A model generated the notes under the pieces. The model was not told the origin of the DNA, made no database searches, and saw only the letters and a list, made by a program, of their open reading frames with translations. A stretch of DNA of 63,125 nt, the filler included, from Guillardia theta CCMP2712 (taxonomy: Eukaryota > Protista > Cryptophyta), in assembly GCF_000315625.1 (NCBI RefSeq). It is 4 parts of 4 records of this genome, joined end to end, with 100 filler letters (N's around TTAATTAATTAA, not from the genome) between each part and the next. Parts side by side here need not be neighbours in the genome. Positions count along the whole stretch, not along the records: positions 1 to 30,800 come from NW_005434606.1; 3 more parts are not named here. One strand, given 5' to 3'. The position numbers and the translations under genes are program-made. Numbering within the stretch: position 1 is the first letter of the stretch; each line of letters opens with the position of its first letter. Positions 1 to 15,408 of this stretch are shown here, in pieces.

Positions 1-32
1 ATGGGTGGGACGAGGAGGAGTCAGTAAGAAGC

Positions 33-630
33 ATGGGGCAGGGAGATGCTGTTTGCAGGAGGAAAGTCGGAGACATGCACTACTATGGTCAGGGGCTGGA
101 GGTGAACTACACTGAAGCAGCGAGACACTATGGTGAGAGGAGGGAGAAGAGGAAAACAGGAGAGGAGGGGAGGAGGGAGAAGGAGGAGGAGGCGCTGAAA
201 GGCAGCAGAGATGAACAAGGATGATCCTCAAAGCATCTTCAACCTCGCTTACCTTACAGAGCATGGGATGGTGAGCGTGTGTGTACTATCACTAGAGCCC
301 TCCTCCTCCCTCTTTCTCCCTTCTGCTCCATCTTCGTTCGTCTCTCGATCTCTCCCTGTCCTCCTTGATTCCATCCCTCCTCTCCTCCTCCTCTCCTCCA
401 CCTCTTCTTCCCCGTGTCACCGCAGCCTGCCCTCCTCCTCCTGTGCTCCTCCTCAACCTAGGACAGGGGGTTGAACAGGACCGGGAGAAGGCGAAGGAGC
501 TGTATAGGAGAGCTGCGGCGTCGGGAGGAGGAAGACGGTGGCGCTTGAGAGGAAGGAAGGAGAGCCTGACGTTCCTGCAGCCTACCCTCCCATGCTTCTC
601 CTGCTGAGTTCTCCGAACTCCCTGCTCAGG
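33..630 (+). CDS. Sel1-like repeat protein, 3' exons (partial, spliced)
   Basis: Exon peptides VGDMHYYGQGLEVNYTEAARHY, PQSIFNLAYLTEHG and GQGVEQDREKAKELYRRAA are typical Sel1 repeats, separated by GT-AG introns. Confidence 0.8.
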
Positions 631-915
631 TAGGACGGGAAAGAGGAGGGAAGGAGAGGGAGAAGGAGCACAAGCAGCAAGGGCGACATGAGGAGAGAGA
701 GAGGAAGGAGGAGAATGAGGAACAAGAGGGCGAGTGAGGTGGGGGGGGGCTATGGTGGATAGGAAGAGGGACCAGGGGAAGAGGAGAGGAGGAGGAGGAG
801 GAGGAGGAGGAGGAGGAGGAGGAGGAGGAGGAGGAGGAGGAGGACGAACTTGAGGCCTATTCCCTCGTCAGATCTTTTCCCCTCCTCCTTCCACACTGAT
901 GCTTGTTTCCGACAG

Positions 916-1073
916 TTCGCTCTTGCAAGGATCAGCATGGAGGAAGACGTGTGCCAGTTCGCTCAGCTCCTCCTCTCCTCCTCCTCCGACTTTCAGCTTC
1001 TCCAGCTCCTTATCAGAGATCTCCTCCACGTGAGACCCTAGCGCTTGCATCTTGAGCCCTCATTCTCCATTCC

Positions 1074-1156
<83 letters not shown>

Positions 1157-2592
1157 TCCTCCTCCTCCTCCACCACCACCTCCTCCTCTCCTCCTCTCTT
1201 GGGTCAGGACCGAAAGTCTGTCTACAGGACAATACCCCGCAGCACGCTTCTCTCCTGTGGTATGCTCTCAAGGTTCTTCCAGCTTCGTTTTCCTCTTCTC
1301 CTGCTNNNNNNNNNNNNNNNNNNNNNNNNNNNNNNNNNNNNNNNNNNNNNNNNNNNNNNNNNNNNNNNNNNNNNNNNNNNNNNNNNNNNNNNNNNNNNNN
1401 NNNNNCATAGTGTCTTGCCTGACAGAGGAGCATAATCTAAGTCATCCTCGCCCGTTTCTTTCTGTTCTCGGTAGCCGATTTCTCGATCCTGCTCCTGCTG
1501 CTGCTCCTGCTGCTGCTCCTGCTCCTGCTGCTGCTCCTGCTCCTGCTCGTGCCTCTGCTGCTGCTCCTGCTTCTGCTCCTGCTGCTGCTGCTGCTCCTGC
1601 TGCTGCTCCTGCTCCTGCTCTTTATCTTTACCTTCCTTCGCCCTCCTTTTTCCGGCTCCTCGACATTCCTTCTTCTATCCCCCTGATCCTGCTTCTCTTC
1701 CTCTACCTTCTCCAGTACCTGCTCTCATCCCCTCCTCTCCAGGCATCGGGCTGGAGATCTGGATGAGCGTTCTTGTGGGGACAGCGACTCTCTTCACTGC
1801 CTTCATGGGACCTTGTTTTGCAAGAGGATGCGCGAAGAGGAGGAGGAGGAGATTTCGCCGACCACAAGGTTACTGTTGAAACCACCTAAACCCCTTGGCC
1901 TCTCCCTCTTCCTCCTCCTTCAACACCACCTCCACTTCCATCTCCCCCAAGCATTTATCTCCTGTTTCCTATTCCCCTTTCCTCCGATTTCAACTCCTTT
2001 CTCCCCTTCCATTGCGTTTGACGCTGCTACCTCACCTCCTCTACCTTCGTTTCTATAGCACTTGCCTTTCGTCTCCTTCTCATCCTCCTCCTCTCCTGAA
2101 GCAGTCACAGGAGACCACCAGCCCGATGGCAGTCGTCAGTTTGATCAGTCAGGGCACAACGCAAGCTCGACAGTTGGAAGAGAAACTGCGAAAGGCGAGG
2201 AGGAAGAAGAAACTCGAAGGAAGGAGAAGAAGCCGTTGGAGGGAGGGGAAGAGAACAAAAGGCAGCAGGAGGAAGAGCAGGAGGAAGGATCAGCTCAACG
2301 CCGTGAAGGATCAAAGCGGGTTGGAAGCAGAGAAGAATCGGACGTCCAGGAGAAGGACAAGGACGAGGAAGAGAAGCTGGCGGGACAAGAAGCTTCTGGT
2401 ACTCTCGCTTCAAAACGCGAGGAGGAGGAGGGGGAGGAGGAGCAGCATTTTGGGGAGCAGGAGAAGCAGGAAGAGGAGAGTGGGGGCGTCAAACGCGAAG
2501 AAAACGACGAGGGTAGCGCACGGAAGGGAGGGGAAGGTGCGGAAGAAGCAAGAAGTCAGCAAGAAAACGATAGCAAGGATTGTGATAGATGA
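916..2592 (+). CDS. Hypothetical spliced protein with acidic, low-complexity C-terminal exon
   Basis: Exon-like blocks lie between CT-rich introns (for example 1743-1869, and 2104-2592 which is E/Q/K-rich and ends in TAG). Interrupted by an N-gap; no family recognised. Confidence 0.3.
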
Positions 2593-2782
2593 GAATACTA
2601 CAAGTGAACAAGTCAAGCACAAGAGACGAAAGAGCGAACAGCAACCATGGTTTCATTGTCATACTTATGAAACAAAGTACACCCACATGTGAACATCTTT
2701 TCTCTTGCCAGACAGACCAGCAGCTCTCTATCTTTGTAGTTCGCTATCCTAGCAGCGCTCTACCTCCCTTGCCCCATCGCCC

Positions 2783-3643
2783 TCACATGCTCGCTCCCAA
2801 CCTCTCTGAGATCTCAATCTTCACGTTCTTCACCCCCAGCCCGATCCCGGGGACAAACTCTCCTGACGGCAGCACACGGGGTCGATCTAGAGTGATCCGC
2901 ACATCCTTCCCCGACACCCTCAGCCTGTGAAGCCTCAGTCCTTCCTCCTCCCTCCCGCTCCCTGCTCCCAACTGCACGGGAAACCACAGCGTCTTGACTT
3001 GCGGCGTCCATAGCAGGGGGATACTGCCCCAGTAGTCATCCGCCTTGTCCCTGCCCATCTTGCCCCATCCCAGCACCCTGACACCTTCCTCTCCCTGCTC
3101 CACGCTCATGCTCGTGGCAGGAGCCGCATCAAAGTCGATGTTGATGCTCTCTGCCGGTACCCCCCAGATCTCCTTACACCTCTCCTCCGCCCCCTTGGTG
3201 CTCACGCACAGCCTCTTGCCCCAGTGCCCGACGAAGCCTTGCTGCAGCACCAGCGATCCCATCTCCACGAACTCAAGGTATGCTCCGAAGGGAGACTCGT
3301 CGTACTCCAGGCACACAACCCCCCCTAGGCTCCACCCGAAGAGCGAGAGAGGAGCGGCTCCTGACGGCAGGCTCTCCTGCTTGCTCCTAACTATCCTCGG
3401 CTGAAACCAAACCCTTCCTTTGAAGATCCATGGGAACTGCAACGATCTCTCATCCTCCAACGAGATTTTCTGCTCCTGCACCTCCGTCGCCATCATCGTG
3501 GGTCTCAGGTGGGAGGGTTGCATGCAACGATGCCTTGCGATGCCGAGCCTGGCAGGCCCCGCTGCAGGAGAGGAGAACGAGAAGCCTGAGGAGGTAGAGA
3601 GGAGGAGGAGGAAGGAGAGGAGGAGGAGGAGCTGCTGCTTCAT
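2783..3643 (-). CDS. Plastid-targeted NXD1 (neoxanthin-deficient 1)-like / acetoacetate decarboxylase-fold protein, single exon
   Basis: ATG at 3643 gives MKQQLLLLLSFLLLLSTSSG|FSFSSPAAG..., a signal peptide plus Phe-start transit peptide. The core PWIFKG...LFGWSLGG..LEYDESPFGAYLE...W..RLCVS...EIWGVP resembles NXD1 family motifs (recalled from memory). Confidence 0.65.
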   Translation of the reverse strand: MKQQLLLLLSFLLLLSTSSGFSFSSPAAGPARLGIARHRCMQPSHLRPTMMATEVQEQKISLEDERSLQFPWIFKGRVWFQPRIVRSKQESLPSGAAPLSLFGWSLGGVVCLEYDESPFGAYLEFVEMGSLVLQQGFVGHWGKRLCVSTKGAEERCKEIWGVPAESINIDFDAAPATSMSVEQGEEGVRVLGWGKMGRDKADDYWGSIPLLWTPQVKTLWFPVQLGAGSGREEEGLRLHRLRVSGKDVRITLDRPRVLPSGEFVPGIGLGVKNVKIEISERLGASM

Positions 3644-3963
3644 GCCGTCGGGTACCGCCCTCCAGCAAGCCATATCCTTTATATGTCCTGTGGGAATCGT
3701 GGAGGTGGTTCCTGAAAGAAGAGGGGGTGGTAGGGTCATGGTATATTGAGTAAAAACGCGATGCCCAGGGGGGAATGGGCGCAATGAGGCAGTCATACTG
3801 GTGGGTTGTAGCGGCACTGGCGACAATGGCGACGATGACGACGGGAGATCGACCAGGATGGTACGACGAAGAGACGTTCGCAGTCTACGACTCCTTCCTG
3901 AGGAGGTGAGAGGGAGGAGAGAACTTCTAGGGAACAAGGACACAAAGCAAGGAATACCTTGAC

Positions 3964-6423
<2,460 letters not shown>

Positions 6424-6619
6424 CAGGTGTCTGAAAACTGTCCTCCCTTGCTTCGACGATTGATGCAGTTTGCAATGAAGTTGAATCCGCAAGCGTGTAC
6501 GTGCAACAAGTGTTCTAGCATGCCTTTCGCATCCTCTCTCTCCTTCACGGCCATCGCTCATGCTCTCGTCGCATATGCTCCTGGCCGTGATGCTTGCTTG
6601 GCATGTCCGATCCTTGGGC

Positions 6620-7260
6620 TATCAAACTACCCCCTTTGCTTTCCTACATACCCCTCACTCTACCACCCACCCCCTTGTCGATAACAATCTTCAGAGCACC
6701 ACTACTGCTCGTTCTCATGAAGAGTGTGTATGAATTAAACTAGTACGTAGGGGTAGTCAAAGTACCCCTACCCACTAATTTAGACCGCACCCCATGGGCA
6801 ATGCGCACTGGAGGTTGTAGGAACCCACGTTGGGGGTGTAGTGGAAAATTGCAAGGGTGGGGTCGAAATTTTGATAGGGTCCTTGGTGATACGGGGGTAC
6901 TTGCAGAGGGTATAAATCTTATGTTGTTTCCTGAAGCAGTGATGGTGGGGTATGTAACTCAAATTTATATGGTGGGTAGTCTTTTCCAGGGGTGGGGTAG
7001 TAAATTTTTTGTTTATCGCCATTAGTCCCCTAGTCCAACGACCCCTCATTTTCAATCACCCGGGTCACTTACTACCCCCATCATTCAAATTACCTATGGT
7101 TAATACTGGCCACGGATGGGGATATGCTCTGATAATTATAGTGATTACTATAAAATCACTTTCCATGGATGTACGAACTGGAATAGTAGGGATGGTACAG
7201 CTACCTACCCCTTCTTTTTCATCCACTACCGGTGGCAAACGAATCCCGATCCCTTCCATG
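6620..7260. promoter_or_regulatory. Intergenic tract enriched in TACCCC/GGGGTA motifs
   Basis: Many GGGGTA/TACCCC words, including the inverted pair GTAGGGGTA-N7-TACCCCTAC at about 6747-6771, upstream of the gene starting at 7686. Confidence 0.4.
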
Positions 7261-7685
7261 CAGATTTGCAATGGCGACGAATAGGGCAGGTCGACGAGAA
7301 GAATGTTGAGATAAGGAGGACAGAACAGCTCAACCTGATGACCCAGCACAGTGTCGTTGTCATGGTCATGAGGGCAGAGGGAACGACAGGACAGAAGGAA
7401 TAGAAGAAGGAGAATGGATGGCGCGAAGCGTGCCAGTAGAGGGGAGAAGAGGAAAGGATGCAAATCCCGTGGATCGGTGGGGCAAGTTATGTTGGGAAGG
7501 CAGCTTCTTGGAAGACAAGAGAAATAAGGTGTTTCTAGATACAGTCTACCCTGCGGGGGGGGCTAGAAACAATGCAGATTTGAGGACAAGAGGGTGGAGC
7601 GATTTGCTGAAGTCCTGTTGACACGAGCTTGCAGGGCAAGCGCAAACAACTTCAGGCCTTTCAGAAGCAGAATTCATCTCCACCG

Positions 7686-10600
7686 ATGAGCTGGTACGCC
7701 ATGCTCTTCATCCCTGTCCTTCCACTGATCCCCTGACTCCACAGGCCCAATGAGCAGGGCGAAGCTCCTTTCGAAATTGCCCCTGCCGTGAGCAACTTGG
7801 AGCAGGAGGGCTCAGGAGGCATTTCAGACATGTTCTCGGCGCCGATGAAGGTGGACATGAACATCGCAGAGACCATGGGAGGAATCTTCGGCGACGACAC
7901 CCCGTCGGGGGACGGCGAACCCTCCAACCACCTGGCCCACGGCATGCAAGGGCTGTCGGCCAGCCCCCAAGGACCGCCGCATTCTGATCACCAGTCCCAG
8001 CCCTTTGATCTCAGCGATCCGTTCCAGAGCACGATCATCGGTACAGACGTGGAGGGCACAGGGGGGTGGAGGGTAGAGTCTCCGCAGAAGCAGTCTCCGA
8101 CCTCTGGGCCTGCCAGTTCGATCGGGGTGCTCCAAGGTGGGTGCCTTCCTTTGGTGATCTGACAGAGGTTGACGATCGATCTTCATCGTGCAGCTCCTAT
8201 GTTTGATGACAGCAGCATGCTCACCACACAGGTGAACAGAGCTCCGAGCTTGCTGCCTGCCCTTGCTGATCGGTCCTGTGCAGAGCGACGGGATGCAAGG
8301 GTTTGCAGGGTTGGGAATCTTTGATGGGGAGGATCAAAATCAGCAGGCAGAGGAAAGTGGGCACAACGAGATGGCAGATCTGGGGGGAGTAGAGGCTAAC
8401 GGTCTCCAAGAGCAGCCCTTCGCCATGCAGATGGGAGGAGGTAGAGCTTGTTTGGCTCTTGTCGGGCGTGTGCTTACCCTCAACTTGTTTCAGGCGATCA
8501 GTTTCAGTACCCGGCAGATGCGCCTGAAGTCTCCTTCGAGTTTCCAGTAATGTCTGCTACCGAAGTCCACCAGCCTCCCGTCGTGCATGAGCCAGCCGCC
8601 ACGCAAGACGGTGAGGGTGGAAGACGTCCGATGCACGTGTGGCGCTCAATGGCACGCAGTCCTTCCTACTGAAGACAGCATCGCTGCCATGTTTGAGGCC
8701 ATCGCTCCTCCAGCTCCTCCTCCTGCTCATCCCCCTGCTCCCGCTCAGGTTGTCATTCGGCTGAGGTTCTCCTCAAGGCTGATGCAGTCACCCCAGGCCG
8801 CGACCTCGCCCGCTTCCTTTGACGAGATTTCCCACCAGTTTGACATGCCCAGCTCAGCTCAGCGTAAGGACCCACCTGAGATCTCCTTGTCATCCGTTCT
8901 TCATCCTTTCTTCCTCCCCCTTCTCTCCTCTACCTCCCTTCACGTTGACTAGCCCCACGTTGCAGACAACTTTGCCTCTCCAGGTGGAGAACTTAACGCC
9001 TTCTCCTTTCCTTCGGCTGCTCCTCCGTCTTCCACCGAAAATGCTGGCTGGGATTTGTTTGACGCTCCTGCTCCCACTCCTGCTGCTGCCTCCGCTCCTG
9101 CTGCTCCCACACCTGCTCCTGCTGGTGGCCACCATTCAGATGGGCTGGACGCTTTTGCGCTGCAGGTACATTTTACCTCTGACAGCCTCCATTCATCCAT
9201 TCATGTTGGAGTGGGGCAGGAGAAGCCTTTCACGCAAGGCAAGGAGGAAGTTGAAGAGGACGAGTGGGGAGAGGTGAGTCACGTTCTGGTGCTTGCTCCT
9301 CTGCTCATGACGACACCAAGGTGGTTCATGACAAACCGAAACTGATGGTAAAGATTCGAACTAAGGACGAGATCGCTGCAGAGGCCCAAGACAGGTAGCT
9401 CCTTGGTGTTGTACATCCCTCTTGTATCGTTTGGCTCCTCTTACCGCCCGCTCTCCCCCCCCCTCTTCCTCCCTCCTCCCTCCTCTCGCCTCCTCCACGC
9501 TCCCTCTTTCCTCTCTCCATCCCTCCATTTCTCGGCCCCACTGCCGGCTCGTTCTCCCCACCATGATGCGTTTGACTTCCCGTCCCTCTTGGCAGCTCGA
9601 ACGCATTGTCTGCCCTGGCTGGCTCGTTAGGAGCTCCTCCGCCAGGTACTCAAATCCTCTTGAGGCTGCTGGCTGAGTCTGGTGCAGCAGGAACGAACAA
9701 CCGACGGTCTCGGAGAGGTCTGTGGAAGCAGAACCTGCCACGCTCTCCATGCTCTCCCAATGAAACATCCCTCCCTCCATGATCTTCCTCTCTCTCCCTT
9801 CCTCTGATCATCATGTCTTCTCCTCACCTTCCTCTTCCTCGTTGATTTCCGTCAGCCTCCTGACTGGCATGGCAGGGGCTGGAGCCGCAGGGCCTCAGAG
9901 AGAGATGGCTCCTCCTCCGACTCCTCAGCTCCTCGAGACCCCACAGAGGGAGCACCACCAGAGCTCGCTCAGCACGTTTGAAGGTGAGGGAGGAGAGGAC
10001 ACGATCGTTCTGACGCCTGCCAGTGTCAGGAGCACCTCATGGCATGACCTTCGATGCCATGCAAGGAATCAGCTTCCCTCCTCCCGCCCAACAGCCCCAG
10101 CACAACCTGCCGCCAGCTCAGGACAACCTCGGCTTCGCGTTCCCGCAGACTCCGGCGCTTCCCCCGAGCGCGAGTGCCCCGGCACCGCACGCTTCGAGCG
10201 AGCAAGAGAAGCTGCTGATGAGGCGGGTGGAGGAGCTGAGCAGAGCACTCGAGAGTGCGAGAGAGGCTCAGGTGGGGCAAAGCTGAACGTTGAGGCCATG
10301 AGCTTGACAGACCTCGCAGAATGCAGCTGGTCGGGAGCTGAGAAGGCTAGGTGCTGAGAACTCCCAGCTCAAGTCCAAGGTAGGAAAGACTGGACGGTGT
10401 CCAGCTCGACAGCAGCTGTGAGCTCTTGGTGACGAGAGGCGGGCAGAACGAGGAGCTGGAGGCTGCAGTGAAGCGGGGAAGCAGCGGCTTGAGCAGAGAC
10501 AACACGAGGGGAGAGCTGGAGGAGATGCTGATTGAGGTGCTCGAGACTCCCCGCGCTGCCTCTTCCTCATACTCCTCTGTAGGCCAAGCTGAGGAACGCG

Positions 10601-11800
10601 GAAGACGCCAACGAGATCATGCAGGTCCTACTGACTCAGCTACCTTTCTCCCCCCTGCCCTCCCTCCTTTCCCTGTTCACTCCCTTGCCTTCCTCTATCC
10701 ATCCGTTTCTCTCTCCTTCCCAGCACTCCCATCGTTCTGCAGCTTCTGCATCCTTCTCTGCTCGCGTCATGGTGGCCTCACTTGGGTTGCAGCTACGACG
10801 CAAGGTTGCCGACCTCCTTGCAGACAAGGGGCTGAAGGACCCAACCGTCGGTTCGCATTTCCTCTCCTCGTCTCTCTACCTATGCATGATCTCCTTCTTA
10901 GGTGTGCTCAGGATACAGGCACTGGGAGAGATTGGATTCAGGTACTACCTCCCTCTGAATCATTAGCACTCCCGTTCCCTCCCACCGTTGCCCTCCCTTC
11001 CCTCCTCTCCTTTCCTCCTACTGCCGCGCTCTCCCGCTTTCGCTCCCTCCATCCCTCCCTCCCTCCCTCCCTTCCTCCCTTTCTCCCTCCCTCCCTCCCT
11101 CCCCTCCTCCCTCCCTCTCCCCCTTCTTCCTGTGCTTCTCTTTCCTGCTGGTTCTCATCTGCTTCAATCGCCCAGCACCGGAGAGATCCTGGAGATTCCA
11201 CTCAAGGTCGTGACTACGATTAGACGCTCCGACTATCTGCCTGACTTCGAATCAGATCGCGCCCAGTGGTGGGAGTTCGCAGTTTTATCATCGTTACCCT
11301 GTATGCGTCTACAAGCACCTTGGTGTTCCTGACAGAGTGGTGGACAGGGAGGAAGCAGCGTTCCAGCAACCCCCGCCTCCTTTGCTCCTTCGTCTGTGAA
11401 GGTGAAACCATCTTTCCTTTTCCCGAGCAAGTCTTCTAGGCTGACTTTTCGCCTCCTTCTCTCTCGTTGCACTGCAGGCGACGCCTCTGAATATCAACAA
11501 GTATCTAGAGGAAACGAGAGCCAGGACTGGCGCTGGGCAGGTAACAGCCTCCTCCCCCTCCTCGAACAGGGTGAAGCTCAAGGGTATCGCAGGCAAATCA
11601 ACAGGCGGGAAGCTTACTAGATTTCTCCTGAGCTTTCTTTATTCATTTGACAAAGCTGAAGCACGACTAGATTTTGTTTGCTCCGTCTCTCGCCCATCCT
11701 TCTTTCCTCCCCTGGCAGTCTGTTGCCATGCGTTCGGGCCCCTCGATGTTCCACTCCTTCTCGAACTTTCGGAAAACATGGGGAATGTTCGAAACGATGT
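7686..11800 (+). CDS. Hypothetical multi-exon protein: disordered Pro/acidic N-half with DPF/WxxF-type motifs, then coiled coil
   Basis: ATG 7686 (MSW|PNEQGEAPFEI after a short intron) and many ~50-nt GT-AG introns. Motifs LSDPFQ, GWDLFD and LDAF; coiled coil EQEKLLMRRVEELSRALESAREAQ. Confidence 0.5.
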
Positions 11801-12484
11801 GTTCAAAAGAGTTTCTTCCCCGGATTTCACAGTGATAGTCCAAAATGCACCGTTTCGGTAAACTTGGGGAAGAACCGAAGACTCAAGCGTTTCAAAATAG
11901 CAAAGATTCAACAAATCTCGTTTAAATCTTTTTATCAGAACTGGAGGAATAACCCCGATACCCAATCTAACCCCTACTTTCGCCCGTTGACATATCACCC
12001 ACCCCTCACATCCCCATTGACTTGAGAAACATTCAATCAAGTACCCCGTGTGTAAATTCACCTACCCATACTTTTCCCTTCAATTTTCCTGTTTTAATAC
12101 CCCTTTCTTGTACCCACCCTAGTGTGCTGTTATCCTCCACTTAGTACAACCCCGTCCTGTATTACCCCACCTCCTTTTCACGAGAGTCATCAGTCTACCT
12201 CCCTCTTCCTCCATCTTCATCCTCCCTCCCCCCATCCCTCCCTCCTCGCTCATCCCTCCGCCACCCTCACATCCTGTGCCCCGCCCCCCTCCTCTAACTT
12301 CTCGCTTTCAACTCTAGCACTCCCCTCCCTTATCCTCCACATCCTACTCCGTGGGTTGCAAACCAGCTCTCTACGCCTTCGACCGCAACTTGTTAGCTTC
12401 GTACGTTGCCTCTCCCCCCTGCCCCGACCCGTTCCCTTCATTTCCTTCAGCCATTCACTTCCCTTTGATTCCGCGACAGCAGAC

Positions 12485-13107
12485 ATGGAGTGCTTTGATA
12501 TGAGGACCCATCTGCAGATGGAAGATCTCAGCGACGAGAGTTTCGTATCTTCCGACTCCGAGGTCGACATGGACGACAATCAGCTTTTCTTGGAGCCAGA
12601 GGAGCAGGAAACTTCCCCTGTGTGGACCGAGCTAGAAAAGGAGTAGAAGATGCAGATTGGTCTTCTGTCCTCAACCTCAAGGACTGTGAGGCTGTGGAGG
12701 AAGCCAGGGACGAGGCTGTTGCTGTAAAGGAGGAGAGCGACGACTCTAAGAAGGGCAAGTGCGAGGTGGTCGTGATCCAGTCCAGGCAACTCCCAATGCA
12801 GAACTCTTGTGCGGTTGAGATCACATGGGAGAAGCTCGAGCAGCACTTCCACGAGAGCCTCCCCGTTGCGGCGTCCAAGCTTGGTATCGGCAAATCAACG
12901 ATGAAGCTTGTCTGCCGGAAGCTGGGACTTGTCAAGTGGCCTTACAAGAACAAGGGAGGGAGGCAGCTGGCAGCTCAGGGGAGCAAGAAATATCCCAACG
13001 TCGGGTTCGGTCATCCCCTCCGCTATAACCACATGTGGAGGTCCTACCATGACTACCAGCTGTCTATATCCCTACACCCCCTCGCTGAAGGGATCTACCG
13101 TGCATAA
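12485..13107 (+). CDS. RWP-RK domain transcription factor (frame break near 12636-12646)
   Basis: ITWEKLEQHFHESLPVAASKLGIGKSTMKLVCRKLGLVKWPYK is an RWP-RK domain. The acidic N-terminal ORF from ATG 12485 lies in a different frame. Confidence 0.85.
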
Positions 13108-13189
13108 CAAAAGCACGAGGACGAGTGAAGATATTGTTTCCCCTTATGTACAAAGAAGCCCTCATATACATGTGTGAGAATGAATGTAG

Positions 13190-14484
13190 GTTAGCTCTAG
13201 CTGAAAGTTCTCGTTTACCGATGATGGAAACCAGTGAAAGGTCACTTTCGATCCGAAGAGCTCTTGTGCTCCTGTCCCTTCCCTTTCCCTTCCCTCCTTT
13301 CGAACGCACTTTCATGTCCGATTCCAGCAACTTCACCTATCTAGACTGATGGTGCAGACTGTTGAAGCTGCATCGCTGTAATTCGCAATGATTTCCTCCA
13401 TCTCCGCGTTTTCTCGCGCAAGCTTGCAGACAACTCGATCCCTGTGAAAATGAAATGAGAAGTGAAAGCAAACTGACAGATCAGAAACGCTAGCCAAGGC
13501 GAACAACCACAATGGTAGGCAGTATATGATCGAAAAGCAGCACACAAAGTAAGGCAAAAGAACAGTGAACATACTCAAACACAAGATGTCGAGTCAGGGT
13601 AAGAGGAAGAAGGGAGGTAAGGAGTATAGGAGTGAGATAGGAGAGGAAATAGCATCGAGAGAGACGAAAAAAATGGAAGCGAGCAAGAGGAGGGAGCAGG
13701 AGAAGGAAGGAAGCAATCAGGGAGGTAGGGATGGAGCTTACCGCCATCTACTTGGGTCGTACAAGAGAGACTTGGCGAGGAGCCTCCTCCGCTCCTCATT
13801 CTGCCTCGTCTGCTCAGCCAACCATTTGTCCTGCCCTCTCTGCTGTCTCGCTGCTTGCGAGTTTCGTGAATTCTCCTTTCCTTCTGCTCCTCTCCTCCCT
13901 TGGGTTTTCTCTTCCTTCTCCACCGGCCTGCTCATCGTCAGCGAATGAGCTTAGAGACTACCAGCTTACCCCTCGGCCCTGAAAGGAAGCAGTGGAGAGT
14001 CGTCGCGGGGTCCAGCAGCGGTCTTTGTTTCGCTGAGTGGGACGAGTCAGACAGCAAGGGTAAGAGAGGAGGGACGAGGGCGTCAACCTGACCGTCTGAC
14101 GTCCCGAGGGGAGGGCATGAGTGAATTCAAGACTCGAAAAGTTCCTCTTGGCCCTCAGGAACCGCATCTGAAGTACGTCAGGACCTTGTTGGCTACAGCC
14201 AGCCTCCTTACCTTCTCCCTTGCTTTGGCCAAAAGCAACCTGAGCTCCTCCTTCCTCCACTCATCGCTCTCCTTCTCCAGCTTCTCGCTCACTTCCCAGC
14301 AGTGGTCGACGCATCTGAGCATCTCCTGCTGCTCTCGATCGAACGTCTCGGATGCCGCACGCTCGTCAAACGTAACGCACCACAACCCTTGTAAGGTGTC
14401 AACAACATCTTCGATGACGGCAGCAGTGCGAGGAGATCCCTTGCTGGAAGGAACAGGCTGCACGCGAGATGGCGAAGACCCCAT
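13190..14484 (-). CDS. Hypothetical spliced protein, possible N-myristoylation (MGSSPS)
   Basis: ATG 14484 gives MGSSPSRVQP... with a helical first exon. Further exon-like blocks lie at about 13760-14060 and 13190-13445. Confidence 0.4.
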
Positions 14485-15408
14485 GGCCCGCTGAAACCAA
14501 TTATGATGGAGCAACGATCGAGGAGGAGGTGAAGGGGAAGCAAGCACGAAGCAGAAGCAATCAGATTAGAGAAACAGGACGCAGGACAACAAGTGAGAAG
14601 ATTGAAGGGACGGAGAAAGAGGAAGATGGAGATGAAGAGGAGCAAGACGGGAAGATAGGAAGATTTGGAAATGCAAAGTCCAAGACAGGGAGCGAGAGGG
14701 AGCGAGAGACGACGAGAGGATGATTTTGAAGTGACGAAGAGACCGGGGGAGGAGGGAGGGAGGGAGGGGAGGGGAGGGAGGGAGGGAGGGAGGGAAGGAG
14801 GGAGGGGAGGGAGGGAAGGAGGGAGGGGAGGGAGGGAGGGAGGGAAGGAGGGAGGGAGGGAGGGAGGGAGGGAGGGAGGGGGAACGGGAGTGAGATAGAC
14901 GAGGGAGGGGAGGGGGAGATCGGACGGAGTACAGGAAGAGGCGAGGAAGGGAGAGGAGGATAGACGGACTGGCTGGACGGAAGGGGCAGGAAGGGCAACT
15001 GGTGGAGGCAGGCGGAAGAGATACACGATACAATCGTAGGTAGCATTGGAGGGGTGGGGGTAGTCAAAACAAAAAGTCAAAATGCCGAATGAGTTCAGCA
15101 GAACAAAGTTTAGAGTATGCGATGAGAGGAGAATCAAGATGAACTTGGAGGATGGAAGATGAGGTGAAGAGGAGGAGAGTTGAGAATAAGCTGAAGGGAG
15201 GGAGGGGCAGAATGAGAGGGAGGAAGGAGAGGGAGGAACGAAGAGGCGAGGCGAGCGTGTTCAGGTGTCCAACTGTTCTTGAAGTCATCAGACACAAAAT
15301 CCTTAAAATTTAATCTACTGCTGAGAATACGCGTCAATACCCGAGCACCTCCTCCTCCGAGCTTTGAATGAGCCCCCGTCTCCTTTCGCTGCCGCAACCT
15401 TGTAAGAA

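Noticed and set aside
1045-1435. Poly-Leu/Cys/Ser and similar homopolymeric ORFs across the window (also 36622-37421, 58965-59273, 62370-63034)
   Set aside because: These are translations of microsatellites and N-gaps, not credible proteins.
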